A stretch of 64,000 nt of DNA from Moniliella sp. 'wahieum'. Taxonomy: Eukaryota. The DNA is taken from the NCBI GenBank assembly GCA_003971905.1, contig RSEE01000014.1, forward strand, positions 682,001-746,000, in the 5' to 3' direction. A program made the position numbers and the translations under genes. Position 1 is the stretch's first letter. Each line of letters begins with the position of its first letter. Shown here in pieces: positions 51,614 through 64,000 of the stretch. Under the pieces are notes generated by a model. That model was given only the letters and a program-made list of their open reading frames with translations, was not told the origin of the DNA and did no database searches.

Positions 51614-53890
51614 TGCCATACTCTCTCATCGCCAGCATTCTCCGGCCTTGCCGCCGATCTCTTTCCCCATCACTACATGTTTTACGGCTTGTATGCCGCT
51701 TTCTCCTGCCCCTCCTCTTCGTCTTGGAACTTTCTCCCCCCCCCCCTTATCGCGGATGTTCTCTACGCAACAAGTGCCGAACGGAGTGTCTCTTCCCTCG
51801 ACTTCCTTTGTACCTCGCTCAAACGAGTAATGGTAAAGGTACAACCCTGTATCTTTCTGCCAACGCACACTTCGTCTACCATCAAAATTACGGGGTCCAC
51901 ATGAATCGACTCTTTGGGGATGGGGGGAAGACTGGTACCCGTAGCCGGATGGCGGTAGGTCTGCTGTTGGGCCTGTTCCCCTACATGCAACCACCAGTCA
52001 CGACGACCCAGTCTCTGCAGCCTCCTGTGTGCACCTTCTCATCCGGCGCATACCTCGCTTCAGCCTAGAGTGTATGCTATCATCGTAGAGTATTTGAAGT
52101 TAAATTGAGCCAAGACCAACCACACACCACCACGCTTTCATCGCGGAAGAGGACCAATTCATGGTCCAGCCAGGTGTTTACCCAGATCCCGCTGCCGCAT
52201 AAGATACGATAAGACAATCGTCTCAGTGTGGGTAGAGGGAATGCCACCGCTGACACGTTACGCATGAGCGCCATATGAGCACAGAGGCGCTGATGTTTTG
52301 AAGTGAGCCAGCACTCTCATATAACACGGTAAATTCTGGGGATGATGAGGGTTAGTCATTATGTGATTCGCTCGCCACGCATCTGACAACGCACGGGACA
52401 AGAAGGAGTGTCTCTTCAGACACAAATGTCCCATAGCAACGTTGGGTTTCACGATAGCTTCGTTAACAACCATCGAACGAATGAATCGTTTCCGTTTGAC
52501 CACATGTCTTGTGTTCGTTTGATTCAGACTTACACCACCTCGATGTATATAATGTTGGTCCGAATTGACCCTGAGGCAGCTTGATGCACCTTGAGTATAG
52601 TACACGTTGAGCATGCCCTCCTCATCAGAGCTATTACATTACACTGTGGTCTACTACCATGTATCCCATTGCTTTTATCAGGCCTGAGACCAAAACACAT
52701 GGGAAGTATAATAAAGCATGGCAAAACCTGTAGTATGTAGGACGAAGGAAGAGCATGCCGCTCATCGAGCTGATCATGGATTCGCCGATTCGTTTTACCA
52801 GCAGTTCCAATACCAGCAGTATGTTAACAAGCAGCGCTACAAGGCTTGATCTTCACATTTTGAAGCTGATGTGCTTCTCAGAACAATGTATTCAACATGG
52901 AACCCCTTGGAAGAAGCGACCTGAATCATTTTTATCCAGAGATCAGAGAGCAGGAGCTGTGCGCTCACTAACAAACCTGCGAATCTTCTCAAGCAATAGA
53001 ATGTCGAAACACTTCACGGTGATTGAATGGAAGTTTTCCCGTTTCTTGGTAAAAACTTCGAGTTCACACTCGCAATGTAGTGCCCAACATTCGTTCGTTC
53101 CCTACAGGCATTTCTCAGATTGTCCACTGTTTGAAGGGCTATAGTATATTCGTCCTCTCTAGTCTTTCACCTCTACACATCACGGAAATGGACCGCTCGT
53201 GCAAGCTGGACACACTTTCGTCTTCCTTTTCATCACGAACGTATTAGCCCTACCACCCACAACAAAGCCAGACCTACTACAGCATATATTTAGATCCCAA
53301 CACAGACTGTTATCGAAAAGAGTAATCCGAGGATGTTAGGGCAAGATTGGGAAGCAAACTTTTGATATGGTGCCTTTTTATCCTCCTCTAGGTCTGACAC
53401 CTCTCGCCGAACTTCCGTCTAAAGTCGCATGATAGAGGGAGCAGCAGCAATGCATGCAATCCATTGGAGAACCACACAAAGTGCTAACCGTGGGGCCCAT
53501 TCCTGGGCGTATATAATGCTTGCCAAGCCAGCTCTTCCTTCAGCTCGTTGCCAAGGGTTTGCCCAAACCCCCTTCGCCAAGTTTTCTTTGGAGGCGGAAA
53601 TGTTCCGTTGGACGCATTGAGGACTGACCGAGCTCGAGATGCTGATTCTGGTCAGTCGATCTTAAAGTCTCAAGACGTCATGGATGTGTCATGACGCGCA
53701 GTTCTACAGCTTGTCGGAGCAATCCTTTGTTGTTGACTATGGACGTAACATGTAAGTTACGCCCCCCGTGCGTCCCCTCTAGCCAACTAAGGTTGGGCTG
53801 TGGGATCTTATTACCCAATGAGATGATTGGAGATGGAAAAGAGAAAAGAGTACAAAGGCTCGGAGCCAACCGTGTCGCAATTCATCATTG

Positions 53891-55272
53891 TTATCTCTTA
53901 CTTTTTCTTTTTGCTCGCTGGCGCCTTAGCTGAATTGGCAGCCCCCTTCCGCTTTGGCCACCTGCGCCACCTTTTCCACCGGAGGCAGCAGGCGGCGCCT
54001 TCATCTTAAAGAAACTGTCAAGTCGACCTTGAGGCTTGGCTTGGTGTGCCTTGGTCAGCGTCTCAGCGCCCTTACGCACCCGGTCCTCTGCAAAGCCCTT
54101 TTCCTTGTGGAGGAAATCCACCAAGCCTTCGATATCGGGCAGCTCCCATTTGAGCTGGAGTGATGAAACAGAGGAGGAAGAGTTAGCTCAGAGGACAGGA
54201 ATGGGGAAGGGGGACTGGAGGTATTCGACGCACCTCGATATCCTCTCCTTGGTCACACTTGGCTGCAGGAAGAGCTTTTGGGCTTCTTCATAGGGATACA
54301 TCTCTGGAATAGAGATACTCTTTGAGTTTTCCTCGCGGAGCGCCTCCATGACTTTCTGAGTGTGTGGTGGGTGCGAATAAGTTTGAGCGCCTTTTTGGGT
54401 CCGACACCCTTGATGGGCTCGAGGTAGTCGCAACCCAACAAGATACAGAGATCGGTGAATTGTTCTTGGTCAAATCCAGCCCCTCGAGTGCCTTGTCGAG
54501 GTGTACCTCGTCGACGGGCAAGTTCTTCGACTCGCTAAAGGTAAGGTGTTTGAGCAGGATCGGTGCACCAAACGTGAGTGTATCCATGTCCTCCGAGCCA
54601 GCCCCAAAGACCTTGCCGGCGCGGACAAGCTCAGCACATTGTGCCTCGGCCTCGGAGGGCGCGATGACCCAAGGAATGCCCATCAGGGTTAAGAGACGGC
54701 GCACGTCTTCATTATGCTGGCGCGTGGGCCGGACCTGACGACGGGCAAGTTGGTCCATTCGCTCACTGTCGGCTTAAGAGCAGGCAGAGGAACGGTTAGT
54801 ACGGTTGGGATCAACGCTGGCAAAAAAGACCACGTACCAACATCTTTCTCCTCATCCTCTTCCTTGCGTGCATCTTCACGCTTTTCAAACCGTTGGGAGA
54901 GCACAGTTTTCTTAAGGTCGGGTGGGGCGCCATCAAAGACGTACATGGGCTTGATGCCAACATCAACCATGCGGAGGGTGCGGTAGAAGAATCCGATCAG
55001 ATGCGATGTGGTTTCGCCATCGGCAGTCATGAGCGGAACTCCATCTTGGCGGATAGCAATTAGAAACTGGTAGAGACTCATGGACGCATCAATGGCAACT
55101 TTACGGCCAAAGTAAGTTTTGATGTCGTTGCCCTTGATACTGTCCGGAGCTTCGTCCTGCAACAGCTTGGTGAGTCCTGGCAACGGCGGCAAGCGGGGAG
55201 AGGGGTTAGGGGCAGCCCAGGCGAACATGCAGTGGATGTGCGCGACGGGTAGTACACACCTTTGATACCCAT
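53891..55272 (-). CDS. FEN1: Flap endonuclease 1
   Basis: MGIKGLT (intron ~55177-55259), [49 protein letters not shown] and PIP box QGRLDSFF. Confidence 0.97.
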
Positions 55273-55439
55273 TCTTGCGAGGGGTAGGAGAGAGGGATGG
55301 AGGGTTGGTGGCTACTTGCTGGTCCTCGGAACGCGACGCGCACCAATTTGTATCGCCACGACGCCACGCGTCTCCGCCGTGTTCCGGACTTGGCTTGAGT
55401 CTGGTGGAGGCCTACGCGCCGACACGCTTACGTCCGCAT

Positions 55440-58400
55440 GTGTCATTTGAACATTGAACATTGATATTGAACGTTGAACGTTGAACAGGGCGAGGTTGTC
55501 CAATGCGTGATGGATGCTTTGAACATTTGCTGTGTGAGATCTTTGAGATCTTGGGATGTTCAAGCTTGAAGCTTGAAGCTTGAGAGGGGGAAACCAAATT
55601 GTGTTTCATTCAGTGATACCAAGTCACACCAACGTACCCAGCACAACAGAACACAACCCAGGGCGCTGCCGGCGTCTCAGATCTCAGTACCTCAGGGCCT
55701 CAGTACTCAGTCTGAGTGAGTAGTGGGTACTCAGACTCAGTCACGTTAAACGTTAACGTTTAACGACGTTCACGCGTTCAACAGAGCCCCGACCTGCCAG
55801 CCCTTCCCCGACACCTGCTCCACTCGATATGAGTTCCAACTTCAAGGAGAGCTCGATGCAGTTCTGTGCTATAGCTTCCGGAGGTCAGATATTGATGCAT
55901 TTCTCTTTGGGACTGGACTTCCCCCGGATCCATGGGGACGTGAAGAAGGACGGGATGACGCGCCACGCGCGTCACGGCGTGAGATGTTGAACGTTGAATA
56001 ATAAACACGTTGACGCGCTCTTCATTGTGAGAACCACAAACCCTTTGACTCAGTTGTCATTTTTCGGGTGCGTTTTGCTCTGCATTCGATATTCATATGC
56101 TCCCGTGGTGCATCAAAATCTGAACGTTCCACGTTCTCAACAACAACGTATCACCATTTTTTGTTGACCCCGAGGGCCCACACACGCTGGGAGAGTTGAA
56201 TACATTGAATACGCAGCGCGAGCGTTGCAGCGAGGTAACCGGTAATGTGGGAAGAGCATGAGTAATTGGCACATGTCATGGCGCGCCACCGTGGTTATTG
56301 AACACGTTTTAAGTACACGCACCAGAATATCGGCTCTTTATGCCACTCAATATTTTGAGCGTACTGTGACAAGCACGGTCTAATTGTCCTTCAGCTCAGT
56401 GCTTTCTGGGCGCCTTACCTCTCACCTTCGTCTATAAGAGCAAATGTGGACATGAATCACTAGTCACTAGTCACCATTGAAACCCATCTTGTGGCCTGTA
56501 CCCGAGAAGGAACAGAGGAGGCAATCCACGAGCTAGACTGAGGAGGGCGAACCCTCAAATTTATTGGTGCACTCTATTGTGACACGCGTGTCCTGCGCAT
56601 AGTACGGATTATCGGGTAAGGCGAGAGAAGTATAGATTTGGTCTCATATAATTTGGATGGAGCTGTTGTACGCGCACCCAGGAGACATGGATATGTTACA
56701 AAAGGGCCTCAAGGAGGAGACACATGCACCGAGACGCCTCTGGGAGCAGCACATCATCTATCGCAGTTCTACCAGACGGATTGGAAGAATAAGAACGCCA
56801 AAAGTCGAGGACGCATCTCTTCTAAGATTGTTTTATCCTCTCTACTAGCCACTACGCATGTGCATGGTGCGTAATGCATAACCATGTAAGAGCCGTCAAC
56901 CTGGTGAGAAGGTGTTTGTTGATAATTGGGAAAAAATAATGTAGGAGAGGGGACTCGCTGTTGGGAACGCGGCCCATCGAGTTACCATCTGCCCAACGCC
57001 GCTTTGTCAATTCATCCCTATCACTTTGGGGGTTCCGGTTATGCAATGCCCACCCGATTCGGAGTTGTGTGGCGGCGGTGCCAGAAGAACGAGTACGCCG
57101 ATACCTGGCAACCGGTAACTAATAGGTAACTAGTAATGCATAATGATAACTGGTAACTCGTTACGCGTCACGCGTTACGCTCTGGTAACTAGTTACTGTT
57201 GCTAGCTTCCATGCACTCTATGAAACAGCGAATGTAAGGCACCGCGGCGCACACCAGGGCACAGCAGCCCCACACGCCATGTGTGCATGATGCATGCCAC
57301 AAGTCACCGGTCACCGGCAGCCCATATCACTCGCTCTGCCTGCATCATGCATCCGTGCATCAGCGCATCAGCCATCGCGGCATGGGCGCATACTGTGAAG
57401 CTGGTTTTAAGCCGGCTATGCGCGACCGAGTCCTGTTTCAAGCCCCAGCGTCTCGTTCAAATATTGGCGATATCGATTGTCCAGTCAACGTGTCAACATC
57501 CTAGACCCTGGCTCAATACTCAGGTACTGAAGTACTGCTGCACCGATGTTCTAATGCATAAAGGAGTGACATGTGACATGTGACATGTGACATGTGACGC
57601 GTGACGTGTGACAGGGGACGCATGATGCATGGTGTGTGATGCTGTGAAGTGGCCGGCCACATATGCGCAGCCTTGTGCAGTGCGTAATGCAGTACGCCAG
57701 CAGCCAGGACGCCCTGGTGTAGGATATGAATTCCGAGGTGTGAGATCTGAGAACAAGCCGCAGGCGACCGGACTGGACGTACTGGACATGCATGCATCAT
57801 GCATCAAGCTTCCAAGCTTCAAGCAGGTTAGCGCTTATAGCCTCAAGAGAGCAAAACCCCTTGCTCCGCCTTGACGCGTACGTAAGACTTCCCACTGTTC
57901 TAGCTGTGGATTTGTTTTACTTAGGCTCGGGGGGACTAAGGCACAGGTCTCAGACCATAGGGTCTCAGCCGCTTCAATGTAGCTTCAATATTCAATATAC
58001 TGACTTGCATTGCGTGCTGGTGCTGATGTACTGATGGTACTGGCACTCAACGTCTCAACGTACTAATGCCTGTACAGGGGCACTGAGCGCCTGCGCCTGT
58101 TGCTCCCAGTAGTCAGACTCAGTACGTACTCAGTGTACTCAGTTATTCAGTTCTGACACGGAGACATATTGACACCCTTCGCACGGTGCATCACGCATCG
58201 TTAGTGATTAATCATTAATCATTGCATCGCATGTCACATGTCACATGCCACTTCTCCTCGACGGCTGAGCGGGCGCGCTGAGCGCGCTCAGGCTGAGCTG
58301 AGGGTCCTCCCAGTCAGATCTCAGCCGCGCTGAAGCTGAAGCTTGAAGCTCTGGCTGGCACGAGTCGAGTACTCTGGTTAGTAGTTAGGAGTTACTAGTT

Positions 58401-58760
58401 ACTAGTTCATAGTTGCTTTAGGTTACTCAGAGTACTGAGTAAATACTCGGTTGAACGTTGAGTGTACGTTGAGTCGTACTCATTGTACTCAGTACTCAGT
58501 ACACTCAAGACTCAGTGAGTACTCAGTGTACTGAGTACCTGAGTACTGACTGACACTGAGATGCATGTGAGATGCATGATGCGTGGTGCGTGGTGCGTGA
58601 TGTGTGATGTGGTGCGTGTGATGCATCACATGCGTCACATGATGACCTGGTCACCGGCACTGGAAGGCACAGCTGTGCCGTTGCTGCCTGTGATCGATGA
58701 TCTAACATGTGGCATGCGAGACCGGGTGACCGGTGACCGGGTGACCGGTGACCAGCAGCT
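55440..58760. repeat. Dense field of TNA-palindrome heptamer arrays between divergent FEN1 and medA
   Basis: Arrays with cores ACGT, AGCT, GATC, GTAC, CTAG, CGCG, CCGG, CATG, TGCA, ATAT, TTAA and TCGA. Confidence 0.92.
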
Positions 58761-58917
58761 GTCGGCGTCGCTGCTACGTACACCCTTAGGTACCCAAGCC
58801 CGCCTGGCAACACCCTCCCTTCCGCCTCTCCCCCGCCCCCCGCTTTTGCCCTCGCAACATTCTTCCTCCCCCCGCCGCCCCTGCCATCGCCACCACCACC
58901 ACCCGCCTCTCCTCCCC

Positions 58918-60526
58918 ATGTCCGAGTCTTTCGCACAGCCTCTTTCTGCCGCTCCCCACCCCACAGGCGCCGCTGCCCGCTTCCACGGCAACCCCGTCAG
59001 CTCTGCCATGTCTGGCCAGTGGACTTACCCCATGTCCGCCGCCCCCGACCCATCCCTGTCTTCCGCATCGCATCCCGCCCCAGCCCATTCTGCCGGCGCC
59101 GCGCCTCCTCCAACACCCCCCTTGGATCCGGCGCCCTCAACTCTCTCCTGCCTCTCTCCCCCGCCCCCTGGCGCCTCTAGTTCGCCCGGCATGTCGGGGG
59201 GAGGACCTACGCGTCGCGCCTCTCATGCCCATGAGTGGCCCCGAAGGCGCTCAGATTTCGGCTCGCGTCACGCTCCCGACCCATTTACTCGATCAGCAAC
59301 GTACCGGCCCAAACGACCAGCAGTTCCACTTTACCATGGGCACGTACCTCTTTGCCGCCCACCACTTATGAGCAGCCCCCCGCGCCTGGCTTCGCGTCGG
59401 TTATTCTTTTTACCAATGTGCCTATGCTCGCCGACGCGCCCGGTCTCGGCACCGAATTTCCGATTCAGATCCAATTCCGGTCTGCAGGTTCGCGCTCTGC
59501 CTCGCTATACAGCCTTGGTACTTTCCAGATCAGTATGTGTCCCCTCCTTTCCGATGCCTGCGTGCTGACCCATTTGGCTCCCGATGCACAGACACCAAAC
59601 GTCACCCATCCAAGCCTGAGTCTGGCGCGTCTGAACTGTGGAGTGTAGGCAATGCACAACCAGCACCGCCGCAGTATGGCCCGATCCGGGGCGCAGGCAG
59701 CATGGCCGGCGGAGCGCGCCCCTGGGACCCCCCATCCCTACATGCGCGCCGCTACTCGGACCACGCGCCGCCCCGGCCTGGCTCGCCTGGCCGTGCCGTG
59801 GCGCCGCGCGCCTCGCTGCCTGGAGTGAGCGGGATGCCGATGCCACCGTTGGGAGCGCCGCCGCTGGTTCGCGCGCCCCAATCTAACCACTCGCACGACG
59901 GCAGCTTCGTTTCCGATCCCATGTCCAACAGGCCCAGGGCCCAGCTAAAGCTGCAGGGCGACTTGAGCTCCATGGCATATGGCTGGACGGTCGATGAGCT
60001 ACAAGAGGGCCGCCGGCTGGTGCAGTTTTGGCGCAAGCAGGAAGGTACCACCATTCACGCCACCTTCCGTCCGATTATGCTGGAACAATACGTGAAGAAC
60101 TCGATCGTCGTTTCCTGCATCTTCCGTGCCGATCGCAACGAATGCTACATCACTTCTGTCGATACGATTCTCTTGCTCGAAGCGCTCGTCGCAAGCCGCT
60201 TCTCGATCGAGGAAAAGAACCGCATTCGCCGCAACCTGGAGGGCTTCCACCCCGAGACGGTTCGCAAGCACTCGGGCGGCTCGGAAGACTTTTTCAAGCG
60301 AATCATGAATTTCAAGGACCCCAAGCCTCGTACGATTGCGAAGGACGTCAAAACATTCTCGTGGAAGGTGTTGGAGCATGCGCTGTGCAAGGTGATTGAG
60401 AAGTATGTGGGCGACGTGCCAGAGGTGAGCCCAGCTCATCGGGGCGGTATGCCCCTCATCGCCCCTCGCCCCGTGGACAGCATGCATTTCCTTCCGCCTG
60501 TGGCTCAGTCGGCCCCGCTGCAGTAA
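58918..60526 (+). CDS. medA: Medusa (MedA/Med1)-like developmental transcriptional regulator
   Basis: WT.DE...RRLVQFWRKQ, VVSCI, CYITSVDTILLLE.L..RFSIEEKNRIRRNLEGF and KPR.I.KDVK.F.W match the conserved MedA C-terminal domain. Pro/Ser-rich N-terminus; start approximate. Confidence 0.82.
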
Positions 60527-63395
60527 TACGAAGCTGGTCATTTTCGCAGTGTTGGCTTTCTCCCTATCTGAGTGCTGTGCAAGTACACTTCATGCATTGC
60601 CTTACCGTTTGGCTGTGGCTCTGGTTGGCGTGCTATGTTCTCTGCCCCGCCCCGCGTAACGGAGCATTTGTTGTATTGCATTTCTTTTTTCGGGCGCAAC
60701 AAGTCTTCAAGCCCCATCTTGCCCTCGAGATGCGGGCCATTTCTCTAATGGTTGTTCTCCCAAGCACTTCTGATCCTTCTTCCCTTTCTGGGTAATCCCC
60801 TCCCCCTCTTGATTTGAGTTTGTCTCGTGCCGTCCCCGTGATGTAGGGGCTTTTGATCTTTTCCGCCGATTTCTCTGTCTCCTGTAAAAGAGTTGACTGG
60901 CTCTATCGGCTTTCGCTTTTTTCTTCTGGCCCTTCCCTGCCGCGCCCAGTCCCGTGCGTTCTTCGCCCCAGCTGGGTTTTGGCGATATTTAATCCCACTC
61001 ATGTAATCTTCTCCGATGGGATTGTCGCTTGCGGGTGTGGATGAGATTCGAGAGGATGGATGTATCAGCCTAAAGGGCACGACCATTGTATACTGTTTGC
61101 TGCCTCTCATGTCTCTGATGTTAAAAGGCAGTGAGAAGCGATGGGGCCCGCGAGCATTCTTGCCCTGTTTTCTTGGTGCTTTTATATCCGGTAACTAGCC
61201 GTTGGATAGGATGTCAAACAATATAATAAGTCCAGGAAGAGTAGCTATGCTGGTCATTGAAAGATATTTTATTTGACTCCTTTTCTGTCAATTGTTTGCC
61301 TCGTCCGAATGTCTCTTCATTTGTCTTGTCACTTCTCCCCCAGTCCCATCGGAAGCTATTGAACTCGGCCTGCTTGACCTGAACACCACATTGATATATT
61401 TATCCTTGACGCTGATGGGAGCTAAACTGCTGAGCTCTGAGTTCACCGGCGTTCACCGCGTTCAACATTCAACGACGCGCTCCGCCGCTCATCAGCGCTC
61501 GACGCTCGGAAGACGTGTCTACGCAATACAGCTTGCGCTCACCGCTCACCGCTCGCCGCCTCTGAGACGTCTGTGTAAGTCAAGTCAGACAACCCAGGTC
61601 TGGGGTTTGTGTATTGAATTCATGACATTTGCAAGACTCTAATAGGCATCATCAATTAAGGACAAAAAGAAATAAGGCGGCGCCTATATATATACTACCA
61701 CACATGACAGGCTTTTGCTCATCCGGCGTGTGCTCTGCCAACTTGTTGTGCCAACCCAATTAGGCAAATCCAAAGACAGGTCAGGGCCATGTTCCTACCC
61801 CCACATTCATATACAACCCAAAAGTAAATATCGATGAGCTTGTGGTATAATGTGAGCGATAAACCGTTTCCAACGACATGTGAAACCGTTCCTTCTAGTG
61901 CTCCCCCTTTTTGACAATGTATTTGTTGATGATTATGGCATAGTTCTCTTTTATTATCATGGCCAGAGGAAAGAACAGATCTTGAGTGTGTCCCTGTGAT
62001 AGTTGTGTTGTTGCTGCATCCACTTTCTCCAACATGGCCCCTCCTTTCCGCGTTGCAAATAATGCTTCACCGTTATCTCCTCGTCCAATAACCTTCACCC
62101 CTTGCGCCCCTTCTCGTACGCTCACATAATGTAATCCACCTCCATACTCACTGTTCCAAACGCTCCGGTGGCCCCATTAAACGATAATTCATACGCCTGG
62201 CCTTCCTCCCCGCCCCGTTTCCTCTTCTTATCCTCCTCCACACAACCAGCTTATTGAGAAAACATGAGTGTTCCAGTTGGAGTGCACAAAAAATGAGAAC
62301 CAGCTTCCGCCCTGAATATTGCAACGTCCCCCGATGTTGGTTTAGGTGCAGGTATAGAAATGAAGATGTGCTCCAGCTATTACGACATTGCTGTGATGCG
62401 GAGAGATGATAGCTTCTCTAGACAGACTCTTTCTGTGACGCTGGTACTAGATCACTGCTGTATCTGGGTGTTTGCGTCTTCATTTGTCCTCCTGCTTTCC
62501 CTTTTCTTCCTTCTCTGTTTTCTCCCCATGCCGCATACCGCTTCCCTCTCGTTCATCCTCCGTGCTCGAGCCACATCCCTATAGTTCTTTCAGACAGCAG
62601 TGTTGTATAGAGGGAGGGGGGACATCTCATTGCAGTCATCTGTGGTCACAGCGCATCGACATTAGACCATACACAGTTGCACTTGGTTAGTACGCGAGGC
62701 ACAAGGGCATACGCAGTGGCAGCTGTGTTGGAGAGACCAGTCTGGACACCCGCTTTTTTTCGGTGCGCTCGAGGCACTTTTAGCAAAAATATAATCCAGG
62801 AAAGCCAGTTGCAACACATTGTGTTGTGCGCGCGCTCAACTACCTCTCGCCACCATTCTGCTTTCACATTGACACTCTAGAGTAGCACACCTGGTTAAGT
62901 TCCCTGCTATATAATACAGCGCTGGCGCTGCGTCTTAAACTCCCCCAGCATGTGCGGGCTGCGGGGTCCTCGAAGCTTGATGTGACTGTTGACGATCAAC
63001 GATCAACGTTCCACGTTCAACGCGGCGTCAGCGCACCAACGTCGTCAAAGCTCAACACAATGTATGAGTGGTGGTACGATCGCTAACTCAATTCTGTGTG
63101 TGTTATACAAGTCACTCCTGTCACGCTTTTCTGTTTTTTTGGCATGCGTATACTGTGTGTGGAGAAGTGACATATACATTTTGACCAATACAGCTGTAGC
63201 AACACACGTGGCACCGCACGCACACGCCCATAATAGAGCTGTAGCCTGTGTTTAGCCGCCTCTGTTTGGCATTGTGAATTGGGTCCATCTCATGATACCT
63301 CCTAAGCCTGAGGTCTGAGGCTTAAGGCAGGCCCGACATGCTGACATTTGTCGGCAACGTATTATCTCGGCAAAAACTCTCATATGTGTCACATC

Positions 63396-63433
63396 TGAGA
63401 TCCCAGATCTCAGATCTCAGATCTCACGCGTCA
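63396..63433. repeat. TGA-GATC-CCA-(GATC-TCA)3-CGCG-TCA array
   Basis: Read directly. Confidence 0.9.
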
Positions 63434-63802
63434 CGAGGGATCTCATCGAGATCAACAAAAAGGCTATCTCTCCCCACCATCAGAGCCTGAGATATCCGGT
63501 CTCGGCCTGGGATTCTGAGATCTCAGATCTGATATCTGAATTAACGTTAATCACTAGGTAACGTCCATTTCATTGGCAGACTTAAGAAGGCTGGGACAGG
63601 GGAACGCTACGTCTAAACCTAACCGTTCATCTTGCGGGGGTTACTTAGGGGCGCCACCAGGGTATAATAAGATTCCTCCAAAAAAAGTTGGTGCCAAAAC
63701 TGTCACAGTTTAGGTCAGCATCGCGTAAGCCACCGGGTGGGCAGCCACCCGTCCCAGCCACCAGCAACAATCGGTGATATTATTTCGTGGAAGGGTCCCA
63801 GC

Positions 63803-63904
63803 GTGGAACGGTGGCCGGTGGAACGGTGGCTAAGGTGGCGATGGGGGAACGGTGGCTACGGTGGCTAAGGTGGCGACGGTGGAACGGTGGCTAAGGTGGC
63901 GACG
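63803..63904 (+). repeat. ~9-bp GGTGG-core minisatellite (ACGGTGGCT / AAGGTGGCG / ACGGTGGA)
   Basis: About 9-10 GGTGG-core units, with a higher-order GGAACGGTGGCTAAGGTGGCGA unit repeated. Confidence 0.85.
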
Positions 63905-64000
63905 CAGCACCAAGCTGGGGCGAAGCCCCAGCCGACCGGGCCGTAGGCCGGGTCCTCCTCGTATAATAACGTACCCAGTTATCGCTTGGTTCCTAATACT

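Noticed and set aside
55440..58760. CRISPR-like array interpretation of the repeats
   Set aside because: Units are 7 bp with no 25-45-bp repeat/spacer structure, there are no cas genes, and the context is eukaryotic.
63803..63904. Telomeric repeat
   Set aside because: The unit is irregular, is not TTAGGG-like and is followed by unique sequence.

Overview
Eukaryotic, GC-rich, gene-dense fungal DNA with few, short spliceosomal introns (GT...CTRAC...YAG). Gene content and style suggest a basidiomycete, possibly Ustilaginomycotina (inference). About 19 recognisable protein genes: 2OG-Fe(II) oxygenase, WW-domain protein, SEC5, UBC4, histidine phosphatase, PGM, FUSC/ArAE membrane protein, RRP15, VPS4, GMC oxidoreductase, expansin-like protein, LSC2, GAPDH, NDUFA5, VOC/glyoxalase-domain protein, RPL4, ROT1, FEN1 and a MedA-like regulator. 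There is also an intron-containing tRNA-Val(CAC) and a ~4.5 kb orphan, possibly transposon-derived island. Many conserved genes carry single-base frameshifts, most likely consensus errors, so CDS boundaries are approximate. The most striking unexplained signal is non-coding. Intergenic DNA, mainly on promoter sides, is filled with 7-bp-periodic arrays of the form (TNA-N4)n, mostly TGA/TCA, where N4 is a self-complementary 4-mer. At least 13 of the 16 possible palindromic cores occur, and the core can switch inside an array without losing the 7-bp phase. This is a rule-based repeat grammar rather than one repeat family.
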